Made by a program: the position numbers and the translations under genes
DNA from: Octopus bimaculoides
Lineage: Eukaryota
Assembly (NCBI RefSeq): GCF_001194135.2
Contig: NC_068997.1
Location: 22,709,289-22,748,990 of the forward strand
Reading direction: 5' to 3'
DNA length: 39,702 nt
Shown here: positions 10,847 to 22,770 of the stretch, in pieces
How the letters are laid out: each line of letters opens with the position of its first letter
Position numbering within the stretch: position 1 is the first letter of the stretch
Notes under the pieces: model-generated
Database searches by the model: none
What the model was told of the DNA's origin: nothing
What the model saw: the letters and a program-made list of their open reading frames with translations, nothing else

Positions 10847-11249
10847 ACAAAGGGATAAATATATAAAAGTATGTATATATATATATATATTCTTTTCTTC
10901 TTTTGCTTGTTTCAGTTATTTGACTATGGCCATGTTGGAGCACCACCGTATATGTGTGTATGTGTATGTGTGTGTGTGTGTGTTTGTGTGTAAGTATACT
11001 CACATATATATGTAAACTTGTAAATGTATGATGTGTGTGTGTGCGCGCGCAAGTGTTTGTATGTCTCCTGTAGCAGCCGATGTAAAGTTAACAACGTACA
11101 TTAGCGACTCTATAAAATAAATTACTGGCGTTGATGTATTTGACTGCAAACCTTTGAAGGCAGCGCCCCAGCATGGGCGCAGACCAATGAATGATACTAG
11201 TATAATAACAAAATTTTAAAAAAAACACATATTTCTGTAATGATGAATT

Positions 11250-11578
11250 TATTTATATATTTATGTACTTATGTATTTATTTATTTATTTATTTGTTTGT
11301 TTATAGGGCTGAATTTTTGAATGATTCATTTGACCAAGGCGATGGGTTTATCATCTTGGATGTGCGTTTCTGACTCGCTTGTCTCAACTTCAAAGAGCCG
11401 CTTGGCCAGCGTCACTTTCCTTTAGATGTTCACCGCGTTGCTGATGACCCGTCTAAGTTGGTTGGCTGCCTCGTGCGTTTGTCTGTTGGTCGGCTGCTAC
11501 CGCTGCCCGACTACTAAGCTGTAAGTTTTTCAACCATTCATTCATCTGTGTGTGGAATAACTTCTTCGGCATAAGCAC

Positions 11579-11580
<2 letters not shown>
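11250..11580 (-). mobile_element. Probable 3' end of a retroelement with (TAAA)n tail
   Basis: GC-richer segment reading QTHEAANQLRRVISNAVNI*RKVTLAKRLFEVETSESETHIQDDKPIALVK*, followed by a (CAAA/TAAA)n tail; family not recognised. Confidence 0.4.

Positions 11581-11641
<61 letters not shown>
11580..11641. repeat. (TAG)n microsatellite
   Basis: About 20 perfect units. Confidence 0.95.
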
Positions 11642-11659
11642 ATAGCTCTTTCAACTATT

Positions 11660-11830
11660 GAGACAAACTTTTGAGGGAAAGGGCTAACATCGACCCTAGT
11701 GCTCCACTGGTACTTATTTTATCGACAACGAAAGGATGAAAAGCAAGAATGATATCGGTGTAAAACAGAAAAAAATGCTACCCGTCATTCGTTCTGTGTG
11801 CATAACGAATCTGCTGGTTTACCAACTTAA
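11660..11830 (-). mobile_element. SINE family A copy, diverged
   Basis: CTGGTACTTATTTTATCGACAACGAAAGGATGAAAAGCAAG matches family A. Confidence 0.75.
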
Positions 11831-12011
11831 TAATAATAGTAATAATAATAATTAATTCGTTTTATTGGCCACAAGGGCTAATATCAATCAAAAACATGTA
11901 AGGACAAAGACAGGACGAAGGTTACAAAACGTTTTGTCCGAAAAAGTAGAAAAACGTTCGTGTGAACAGAGGAAGAAAACAGAAAAATATAACAAATAAA
12001 TGAATATTCTG

Positions 12012-12090
12012 TGTGAGGCTGAATCTCCCTGAGAACTGCGTTAAGATATGCATGTCTGTGGAGTACTCAGCCACTTGCGAGTAAATTTTA
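12012..12090 (+). mobile_element. SINE family D body fragment
   Basis: GAATCTCCCTGAGAACTGCGTTAAG...CTGTGGAGTACTCAGCCACTTGC is the reverse complement of 27655-27722. Confidence 0.8.
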
Positions 12091-12134
12091 TCTTTGTGTG
12101 GTAATGAAAAGTGTAGAGGCTGTTGCGGCTCATT

Positions 12135-12319
12135 TTACCCCTTTCCTTCCTTCGGGCAATAGACTCTGATGTGACCTGAATCACGACAAAAGTAACATCT
12201 CAGCTTTCTTCTTTCCAAGATCACCTGCAGATGCTGGGAATTTTCTCTACAGTTTCTGGTTTTACTTGCAGTAGAATTTCCAGCCCTATCATACGGGTAG
12301 TCATGATGGGTATACTGAG

Positions 12320-12320
<1 letters not shown>
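12135..12320 (-). mobile_element. Gag/ORF1-type CCHC zinc-knuckle relic
   Basis: 62-codon frame AQYTHHDYPYDRAGNSTASKTRNCRENSQHLQVILERRKLRCYFCRDSGHIRVYCPKEGKG* contains an exact CX2CX4HX4C at 12156-12197. Confidence 0.7.
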
Positions 12321-12360
<40 letters not shown>

Positions 12361-12775
12361 GTATGTATGTATATATCCGGAAGACTGCCACTCAGTTTTC
12401 TTGTACCAATTTCATTCACAACTGATTGGTTACTCGGGGTCTCATAGAAAAAAATCTTTGGCCCCAAGTACCGCAAAGCAACCATCCTTCTTAACACAGC
12501 TATTTTTCACTGAATTAAAAAAAAATTTTTTTTGAGATCCATTTTTCCAGTCTATTTGTGTTCCTGTCCGTCTGTCTCTTTGTCTCCCTTTCTATCAATC
12601 TATCTTGTATTACTTCTGATTCATATATTCCTTCCCACTACTGTCAGCTCTGCAGTAGTATGCGTGTATATAGTATGTGTATATAGTATGCGTGTATGTA
12701 GTATGTGTGTATAAATGTGTGTGTGTATGTATATGTATATATATATATGTGTGTGTGTATATGTATGTATGTGCA

Positions 12776-12841
<66 letters not shown>

Positions 12842-12863
12842 CACACACATGTATACACACATA

Positions 12864-12904
<41 letters not shown>

Positions 12905-12973
12905 TTATTATGATTGACCGTTGACTGAACACTATTCAATTTTTTTTCTCCGTGTTTTTCTCCTTGTCTCCGT

Positions 12974-13014
12974 ATTCTTTCTGTTGAAGAGCGTAGCTCG
13001 AAACGTCAAAGACT
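12974..13014 (+). ncRNA. Minimal type I hammerhead-like motif (A6U core variant), PLE type
   Basis: TCTTT-CTGTTGA-A-GAGC-GTA-GCTC-GAAA-C-GTC-AAAGA: helix I TCTTT/AAAGA, helix II GAGC/GCTC, minimal ACGT helix III, GUC triplet. Confidence 0.6.
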
Positions 13015-13180
13015 TTCCGTATTCCCGAGCGTCATACTAATATATACTTTTGTTATTTACACCACCTGTCCTCGTCTGTTGTTATTTTTTGTATATTCTC
13101 CCATATATATATATGTATATACATATAGACACACACTTACATATACACGTACACACACTCAGACACACACACACACACGG

Positions 13181-13218
<38 letters not shown>

Positions 13219-13644
13219 TTGTGTGTAAGTACGCATATACAGGCCAATCAACAACCTTACACCTACAACAGGTGTCTCTGGATAAAGTAACACAACCTTA
13301 GATAGTTTTATCATTATCTATTTCTTCTCGGTTTTCTTGTTATTTCTAGTGTCTTATTCATTTTATTTGTAGCTTTTGTTTGTTAATGATGTTGTTTTTA
13401 TTGTTGTTGTTTCATAATTTATGCATTTCCAGAGTTTTTGTTGTCTTTTTTTTAATGTATTATTTTCTAAAACTACTTTACATGAGATTTAAATTGAATG
13501 TTACGTGTTAAAAGTTGTTTAACAATTATATTGTGAACAATATGTATGTATGTATGTATGTATGTATGTGTCTGTCTGTCTGTCTAACTATCTGGAGAGA
13601 GAGTGGGTGAAAGGGTGAGGTTTTAAATTAATTACGTATACATA

Positions 13645-14300
13645 CATAACTATGCCTACCACGCTAGACAAAATGCTTAGCAGTATTTCGCCCATCATTA
13701 CGTTCTGAGTACAAATTCCACCGAGTTCGCCCATCATTACGTTCTGAGTACACATTCCGCCGAGTTCGACTTTGCCTTTCATCCTTTCGGGGTCGATAAA
13801 TTAAGTACCAGTTACTCACTGGGATCGGTGTAATGTTCGGAGCATGCGCCTATAGATTGAAGGAGAGGCAGTCACCGAAGATGTCAGGGTGATCGTGGTT
13901 TGGTGGGGTTCCACGATAAGCGCTCGGTAGTTTCCTTACTTTTGGAAAAAAATAATCACTTATATTTTACTTCTTTTTACTGCTTACACATCTTTCATGT
14001 GATCCACATTGTTTGTGTATTGTCATATGTTGGTCTTCATCTAATTGTGAACCATGAGTGGTTAATAAAGAACCCTTACTATTACTTTTATTATCATTAT
14101 TGTTGAGTCGGCGAGCTGACAGAATTGTTAGTACGCTAGACGTAATGCTTAGCGGCATTTCGCCAATCATTACGTTCTGAGTTCAAATTCCGCTGAGGTC
14201 GACTTTGCCTTTTATCATTTCGGAATCGATAAAATGACTACCAGTTGTGGACTAGATTTGATATAATCGACTTAGCCTCTCCTCCGAACTTGCTGGCTTT
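13645..14300 (+). mobile_element. Two SINE family A copies (about 13645-13830 and 14100-14300)
   Basis: Match to family A; the first has a 39-bp internal tandem duplication (13687-13725 / 13726-13764). Confidence 0.85.
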
Positions 14301-14539
14301 GAGCCAATATTTAAAACCATTCTTCTCCGTCGTCTTGGTCTTCTTCTTCTTTCTTCTTCTTCTTCTTGTCGTCGTTGTTGTTGCTGTTGTTGTTCTTGCT
14401 GCTGCTGTGGTTTTTTTTTTTTATCAACACGGAAATAGTTCAGACATGGAATTGACAAAGACATTATCTTTCAATGAAACGTTTAGACAAATGCAAGACA
14501 TCCCAAAGGAAATAAAGCTGTAAGGCATAAAAAGAAACA

Positions 14540-14603
14540 AATAATAATAATAATAATAATAATAATAATCACAAACTTTATTAAATTACTGTTAACTTTG
14601 CTA

Positions 14604-14665
<62 letters not shown>
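14540..14665. repeat. (TAA)n and (TAG)n microsatellites
   Basis: Directly visible. Confidence 0.95.
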
Positions 14666-15029
14666 TTTTATTGGCTCATTATAACAAGCCACATTTCACA
14701 CGGAATGTCTGTATACTATATGACTCCCGTAAACGAAAACACATGTCGTTATTAGTCTTATAATACTTAATGATCATGCATTTATATATATATACACATG
14801 TATATGCATATATATATATATATANNNNNNNNNNNNNNNNNNNNNNNNNNNNNNNNNNNNNNNNNNNNNNNNNNNNNNNNNNNNNNNNNNNNNNNNNNNN
14901 NNNNNNNNNNNNNNNNNNNNNNNNNNNNNNNNNNNNNNNNNNNNNNNNNNNNNNNNNNNNNNNNNNNNNNNNNNNNNNNNNNNNNNNNNNNNNNNNNNNN
15001 NNNNNNNNNNNNNNNNNNNTGTGTGTGTA

Positions 15030-15061
<32 letters not shown>

Positions 15062-15504
15062 TGTGTGTGTGTGTGTATGTTAATGTGTGTTTCGCATATG
15101 TACGCATTTTATTGTGCGTCTGCTTAATGTGTACTTTTGTGATTCAGATCGGGTTTCTATCTCATATTACTGCAGAAGTATTTCAAGACTTAATTTGAAT
15201 TTGTGTACAATAATAATAATAATAATAACAACAGCAGCAATAACAACAATAATAATTACAATAATAATAATAATAATAATAACAACAACAACAATAACAA
15301 GAATACATGCATGCATGCATACATACATACATACATACATACATACATACAAGGACAAAGAAGGAAACCAGTGATATAAATAAGAAAACAATTATCGTAA
15401 TTATTTGCAGCTGTCTAAATGGGGATGACGACCTGGAAGACAGAGTTGAAGGAAAGTGGATCAAGAATGATCTTGATAACAATTATCATAATAATAACAC
15501 TTTA

Positions 15505-16256
15505 TACTGTAGGCACCAGGCCTGAAATTTTGAGGGGAGGGGATGGTGTCGATTACATCCACCCCAGTGTTTTACTGGTAATTGACCCCGAAAGAATGAA
15601 AGGCAAAGTTGACCTCGGTGGAGATTTGAACTCAGAGCGTAAAGACGGACGAAATGCCGCATGTCATTAGACAGCTATATTGATACCTAGTGCTCGAGTG
15701 GTACTTATTTTCAATTTTCCAGAAAGGATGAATGGCAAGGTTGATCTCGGCTGTATTAGAATTCAGAACAGAAAACACAGACGAAATGCCGCTAAGCATT
15801 TTGTCCTCCGTGCCACCGATTCTGCCAATTCACCGCCTTTGCCATAATAATAATGATAATAACAATACTAATAATAATCCTTTCTTTCTTGGCCACAAGG
15901 GCCAAACAAAAAAACATATAAGGACAATACAAAACAAGGGACAATTGGGGGTTAAAACAAAAATCGTGTAAACAATTGAAAACAAAAAAAAAAACAGTTA
16001 ACAAAAAAAATTCTTATTTCTTTATTGCCCATAAGGGGCTAAACATAGAGGGGACAAACAAGGACAGACAAGGGATTAAGTCGATTACATCGACCCCAGT
16101 GCGTAAATTGTACTTAATTTATTGACCCCGAAAGGATGAAAGGCAAAGTCGACCTCGGCGGAATTTGAACCCAGAACGTAACGGCAGACGAAATACTGCT
16201 AAGCATTTTGCCCGGCGGGGTGACGTTCCTGCCAGCTCGCCGCTGGCAAAAAAATT
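15505..16256 (-). mobile_element. Cluster of three SINE family A copies
   Basis: GACCCCGAAAGGATGAAAGGCAAAGTCGACCTCGGCGGAATTTGAAC and variants at about 15585, 15720 and 16125. Confidence 0.9.
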
Positions 16257-16264
16257 CTAACAAC

Positions 16265-16823
16265 AAAATTCGTACAAGGCCAGCATTTCGAGGGTGTGGA
16301 TAAGTTTTCCTGCATTTCCAGAATTATTTTGCCAAGTTCCTCTCTGTAACTGGGGTTTGGATCAACAGGTAATTCTTGATATGAAGCTTTTTCAGAAGTC
16401 GCAATATATTCACTTTTGTTCATAATTACAATAGCGCCTCCCTTATCTAGCATTTTAATGACAATAGAATCATTATCAACCAGACGAGACGACGGAGTGC
16501 GTAACGCTGGGAATCTTTTAGGTGATTTCAACTTGTTTCAAAGCTTTCCCTAATGCCTGTTTGATAAGAGTCAAGAAATTGTAGTAGTGTTTGTGAACGT
16601 CCATCCTGACCTTTATTCAGATACGAAGCGGGGGTTCTTTTCAATCCTGTTACACCAGAGTCGATCATCATCATTCTTATTTTCAGTAAGCGTAGGGTTT
16701 CCTGATATTTCGTTATCATTTTTTTCAAAAAATTATTCCTTCAGCTTCTAACGGCAGACAAACTGTAATAGCCCTTGAGCTAGTTTATTCTTGTCGAAAT
16801 TCTTAGTGCTTCGGCAAAAATAG

Positions 16824-16825
<2 letters not shown>
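16265..16825 (-). mobile_element. Penelope-like element reverse transcriptase N-terminal fragment (disrupted)
   Basis: With frameshifts and stops: FDKNKLAQGLLQFVCR*KLKE*FF...NHLKDSQRYALRRL/VDNDSIVIKMLDKGGAIVIMNKSEYI...YQELPVDPNPSY. This matches the PLE hallmarks F.R.L.LKE.F and IVIK.ADKGG..V.M...Y...L..DP. Confidence 0.85.
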
Positions 16826-16854
<29 letters not shown>

Positions 16855-17833
16855 TATGTGCATGCGTGTGTGAATGTATGTGTTTGGCGTACATATTTTC
16901 ATCCCTCCTGGAAGAGACGCCGGTCTATCGAAGGATTATTCACTTTTATCTGTTGAGTAATTTGACACAAAATGAAATGAAGAATTTTGCTCAAGAACGC
17001 AACAAACACATCGCCCGGCTCAGTACTCGAAAGCAAAGTCTTACAATCATGAGTACAACATCCTAGCAACTAAACCACGCACCTCCACACTCTAGTTAAT
17101 ACGCCACCCCAATAATCAATATACGTACGTCATACAAATTTGCATCTACAATCCATTGCCGTTTCGTTTCGGCGACATTTACAGCAAAACTAAACATTGT
17201 GACGCTGTTTAGATATCTGCTTGTGTATATGCGTGAGTTTTTGAGCGCGTGCGCACGCGTGTGAATATGTTTATCTATTTCCATATATGTGTTTACGTAG
17301 TTAGGGGAATGTGTGCGTATATGCGTTTTCATTCGTATGTATTTGCATTCATATGTATGTATATATGTCCATGTCTCTTTCTGTGTCGCTTCATACATTT
17401 GTGCTTAGCTAGATGTATGTGTAAGAGTGTATGTCTGTTTATCTGTGTTCATGTGTGTGTTTGAGTCTCTCTTTGTAAGCGTGCGTTTAAGTATTTAATG
17501 TGTGTGTATATATATATAACGATAATTTTATGCATGTTTTCAGGTTTTAATATGTATACGTTTGAGTCTGTAGATAATTAACTTCGTGTGTGTCAGTGTG
17601 CGAGTGTGCTTTCTATGTATGTGAGAAATAAATGCATACACACACACATATACATATACAAACAAACACACACATGCACACATATACAATATCTTTATAT
17701 ATATATTCATCCATATCTAAATAGACACACATATATATATATATGTATGTATGTATGTACGTATGTATGTATGTATGTATATGTATACAGATGCATACAT
17801 ATATATTTATGTATGTTTGTATGAGTGTGTGTA

Positions 17834-17881
<48 letters not shown>

Positions 17882-18377
17882 AAATCGCATACGCGTGTGC
17901 GTCTATACCTGTCTGTAAATGTGTGTACCTGCATAATGTGACTGCATGTGCCTACGTGTGCGTGCATGCTTGTATGTGTGTGTGTGTGTGTGTGTTTGTC
18001 ATTTCGCATGTTGGAATCAGGTGATAATCGAGGGTTTAATGTTGAGGGTTTCACAAGTGAGGGACTTATGATTAGGCTCCGCTAAAAGATTAACACTTCG
18101 TCATAAATCAGAGAAACAGGCAATCCCATTGGATTAACGGTGGGATTTCCACACTGACAAATTAGTTCATCATATTTCTTCTCTTCAAAACGATTCCTTG
18201 TTGTCATATACATTGTTGTTGTTGTTGTTCTTGTTGTTGATGTTGTTGCTGTTTTTGTGTTTGTTATTGTTTTTTTTTTGTTCTTTTTTGTTATTGTTGT
18301 TACTGGCGGCTGCTGGATTGCGGTGAATGGGTTTCGGTGTTGATTTCCTCCAATCCACCTCCGACCGAACAACAGCA

Positions 18378-18378
<1 letters not shown>

Positions 18379-18442
<64 letters not shown>

Positions 18443-18443
18443 C

Positions 18444-18476
<33 letters not shown>

Positions 18477-18564
18477 AAACACAACAACAACAACAATAAT
18501 GATAATAATAAGTAGTAGTAGTGTTGATGATGATGATGATGACGACAACGATGATGATGATGAC

Positions 18565-18624
<60 letters not shown>
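18379..18624. repeat. (TAA)n/(GAT)n/(TAAA)n compound microsatellite
   Basis: Directly visible. Confidence 0.95.
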
Positions 18625-19894
18625 AGGGGAAAGTAACTTTTGGTGCCTAACTAACTGGTAGCACACTCCTCACTCTTTCTGAGTTGGAAGAAGGGCTTTA
18701 AATGCGCTTTATATGCAAAAATATTCTGATACGTGACGTGTTGGGTTTGTGGTGAGATAGGAACACGGAAAACAGGGAATTGATGGAAAGGGAGAAAGAA
18801 AGAGTAAAAACAAAACTTACTATTTGATCCAATTTTTTTGTTTCTCTAGTTTCCACTCTACGTTTACCTGCTAATTCTCTACATACGTATGTATGTATGT
18901 ATGTACGTACGTATGTATGTATGTATGTATGTATGTATGTATGTATGTATGCATGTATTATATTTGTATTATGTTTGCCTCTATCTATCTGTCTAACTAC
19001 CTACCTACCTACCTACCTATCTATCTATCTATCTATCTATCTATTTATCTAAAATTGAATATTAAATATTCAAGTTCTTGAACTAAATTTTAAAACCTAG
19101 AAGAGATTCCCATCCCACTTAATGGCAAATCACCACCAGATGCCTACACATACATATGCACACGCACATAGTTAGATAGACAGACAGACAGATAGATAGT
19201 AAAAAAAGATAAATGGATATAATATCATAAGTTCCTTTGATAATACATTGTAGCTATGACTACTTCATAGTCATCAGACAATCAACTAAATATCTACGGT
19301 GTCTCTTTTACACATGCGTTGCTTTTGGGTGCATGGTTAAATAGTAAATGTCCTCGCTTGCAATCATGAATTCCTATGTTCGACTTTATAACGTGGGAAC
19401 TTCAAAAGATTACTTTCTTTTTGGTTTCATGGTGACGTAGGCCTTGCGAGTCTCACTGAATTGGGTCGTTGCCGTAATTTGAAGGTGCAGCTTTCGAAAA
19501 AAATATGAGTTACACTGATTCAGAATGAGCATAATCGTTAATTATTCACGGTCTTTTGGAATATTCAACCACTTCCACGATAGTTTAATTAATAAGTAGT
19601 TTCACTTGATCGAACAACTGAACACTCCTCGTCGAAACCGGTGGAGATCCATACATACGGAATTTTGGGAATAATAATAGTTTCCACAAGTATTTAAAGC
19701 AGGTGCAGAGCAGATAGTAATTGTGGCATGTTTTGGAGCACCGACCATTTCGACTGCTAATATAATAGATTTATAATCTAAAATCCTTACATTCTACTCA
19801 TAAAGATATACATAGCTATTTATGTGCAGTATGTCTGTTAAAGTTCTTTCCGATGACCAGTTCCTTCCATATTCGTGATTCCATTATTAACCGT

Positions 19895-20634
19895 TTTATG
19901 GCGGCAAGCTGGCAGAATCGTTAGCACCCTACGCAAAATGCCTAGCGGTATTTTGTCTATCGCTACGTTCTGTGTTCAAATTCCGACGAGGTCGACTTTG
20001 CTTTTCATCCTTTCAGAGTCGATAAATTAAGTACCCATGAAACACTGGGGTTGATGTAATCGACTAGTCCCCTCCTCCAAATGTTTATGCCTTGCGTCTT
20101 TAGTAGAAAGGATTTTAAACCGTCTTAAGGCAATGAGCTGGTAGCATCATTAAACACGCCGGACGAAATGTTGAGCATCATTTTGTCCGTCTTGTCGTTT
20201 TGAGTTCAACTTATACCGGGGTTGACCTTTCATTTCATCGTTTCAGGGTCGATAACATAAGCACCAGTTGTGTACTTTCAGCCAGTGTAATCGACTAGAC
20301 GCCTCACCCGAAACTGCTAGCCTTGTGCCAAAATTTGAGACCACTATGAACCGTTTTGTTTCCAAGTTGATCACTCCAAGCTCTATGATTCAAATACCCT
20401 GCGTGAAAATTATCTAAAAAAAAAAAAAATTCTTCAGTCAAAATTCGATTTTAATTGACGTTCCAAATATTCATTTTAATACTGACAAAATTATTTCAAA
20501 TCCCGCCGAGGTCGTCTTTACTTTTCATCATCCTTTTGGGGTCGATTAATTAAGTACGAGTTGCGTACTGGGGTCGATCTAATCGACTGGCTCCCTCCCC
20601 CAAAATTTCGGGCCTTGTGCCTAGAGTAGAAAAC
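19895..20634 (+). mobile_element. Three SINE family A copies; the last is 5'-truncated with a 22-bp flanking direct repeat
   Basis: Copies at about 19895-20110, 20125-20345 and 20500-20634; AATACTGACAAAATTATTTCAA (20478-20499) vs AATACTGACGAAGTTATTTCAA (20635-20656). Confidence 0.9.
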
Positions 20635-20924
20635 AATACTGACGAAGTTATTTCAATAAGTATTTCATAATTTTCAAAGCAATCGACACAAAAGCAATAT
20701 AATTCAACAGAAATGTAAAGAATAGGTTTTATGTATATTTGAGTTCCAAACCCAATTTTCCCTTTTATGATTAGTTTCTAGAGAATTATCTGGATCTTTC
20801 TATAGATTCGTTGTGGAATAGTATTTTTTTTTTTTAAATGAAGTGAGGTTATTGCGATGTAGAATTACCTGGAAACAGCTATTATTCTTATATTTTTCTC
20901 TGGGTCTTTTAATGCGAGTTTCAG

Positions 20925-20992
20925 AATGAAGTAGGTGACACTATCTATAGTCCGTTCATTAGCCTGAAGTCATTGGTGGGGCTGCTGCGTAG
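20925..20992 (+). CDS. Candidate internal exon (NEVGDTIYSPFISLKSLVGLLR), product unknown
   Basis: Pyrimidine-rich acceptor ending TTTCAG, only frame 0 is open, consensus donor AG|GTGAGT; no homology recognised. Confidence 0.3.
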
Positions 20993-21084
20993 GTGAGTGA
21001 AGCGACTTAACAGGAACATCGAAATTTCGTATGTTCCTTCTATCATATCTACAATATCTCCTGGAATCGTCATAATGATCGCCA

Positions 21085-21432
21085 TCGTCATCGTCGTCAT
21101 CATCATCATCACCATCATCATTATCATCAAAAAGAAAGAAAGGCAAGAGTAAGAAAGCAACGTCATGATTAGCAATAACAAGAACAACTATATCGGTTAA
21201 ACAAGAAATGATCTCTAACATAGAATAACAACAGTTTCGACATCAGCATAATCATCTTCATCTTCACCATCATCATCGCAACCCTTCTCCTCGTCATCAT
21301 GAAGATCATCATCATTATCATCATCACCACAACCACCATCACTACAACTATCACCAACAGCAACGTTACCATCAACGTTATTTTGATCGCATCATCGTCG
21401 TCATCATCATCATCATCATCTTCCTCCTCCTC

Positions 21433-21471
<39 letters not shown>

Positions 21472-22770
21472 GTCATCAGAACACCCATCACCACCAACAA
21501 CGTCACCATCATTGTTATTTCGTTTGCATCATCATCATCATGATCATCATCATCATCATCAACAGCACAAACACCATCATCGTCATCTTCATCATCGTCG
21601 TCATCATCAACAACAAAAACAACATCATCATCAACTACAACAACAGCANNNNNNNNNNNNNNNNNNNNNNNNNNNNNNNNNNNNNNNNNNNNNNNNNNNN
21701 NNNNNNNNNNNNNNNNNNNNNNNNNNNNNNNNNNNNNNNNNNNNNNNNNNNNNNNNNNNNNNNNNNNNNNNNNNNNNNNNNNNNNNNNNNNNNNNNNNNN
21801 NNNNNNNNNNNNNNNNNNNNNNNNNNNNNNNNNNNNNNNNNNNNNNNNNNNNNNNNNNNNNNNNNNNNNNNNNNNNNNNNNNNNNNNNNNNNNNNNNNNN
21901 NNNNNNNNNNNNNNNNNNNNNNNNNNNNNNNNNNNNNNNNNNNNNNNNNNNNNNNNNNNNNNNNNNNNNNNNNNNNNNNNNNNNNNNNNNNNNNNNNNNN
22001 NNNNNNNNNNNNNNNNNNNNNNNNNNNNNNNNNNNNNNNNNNNNNNNNNNNNNNNNNNNNNNNNNNNNNNNNNNNNNNNNNNNNNNNNNNNNNNNNNNNN
22101 NNNNNNNNNNNNNNNNNNNNNNNNNNNNNNNNNNNNNNNNNNNNNNNNNNNNNNNNNNNNNNNNNNNNNNNNNNNNNNNNNNNNNNNNNNNNNNNNNNNN
22201 NNNNNNNNNNNNNNNNNNNNNNNNNNNNNNNNNNNNNNNNNNNNNNNNNNNNNNNNNNNNNNNNNNNNNNNNNNNNNNNNNNNNNNNNNNNNNNNNNNNN
22301 NNNNNNNNNNNNNNNNNNNNNNNNNNNNNNNNNNNNNNNNNNNNNNNNNNNNNNNNNNNNNNNNNNNNNNNNNNNNNNNNNNNNNNNNNNNNNNNNNNNN
22401 NNNNNNNNNNNNNNNNNNNNNNNNNNNNNNNNNNNNNNNNNNNNNNNNNNNNNNNNNNNNNNNNNNNNNNNNNNNNNNNNNNNNNNNNNNNNNNNNNNNN
22501 NNNNNNNNNNNNNNNNNNNNNNNNNTGCCGCCGCTGCCGCCGCTGCCGCCGCTGCCGCCGCTGCCGCCGCCGACACCACTAACACTTCTAACTCTAGCAC
22601 CACAAACTAGAACGCCAACGACCACTCCTCGAACAGCACCGTCACCACCAACGACAATACGTTCACCACCGTCACCACCACCACCCCACCATTAGCAACA
22701 CAAACACCAACAACGTCACCAACAATATAAACAGCAACTACTACCATAACGACCACTACTACCACCACCA
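21085..22770. repeat. Trinucleotide field (CAT/CAA/CAC)n and (GCCGCCGCT)n around an 877-N gap
   Basis: Directly visible; gap at 21649-22525. Confidence 0.9.
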
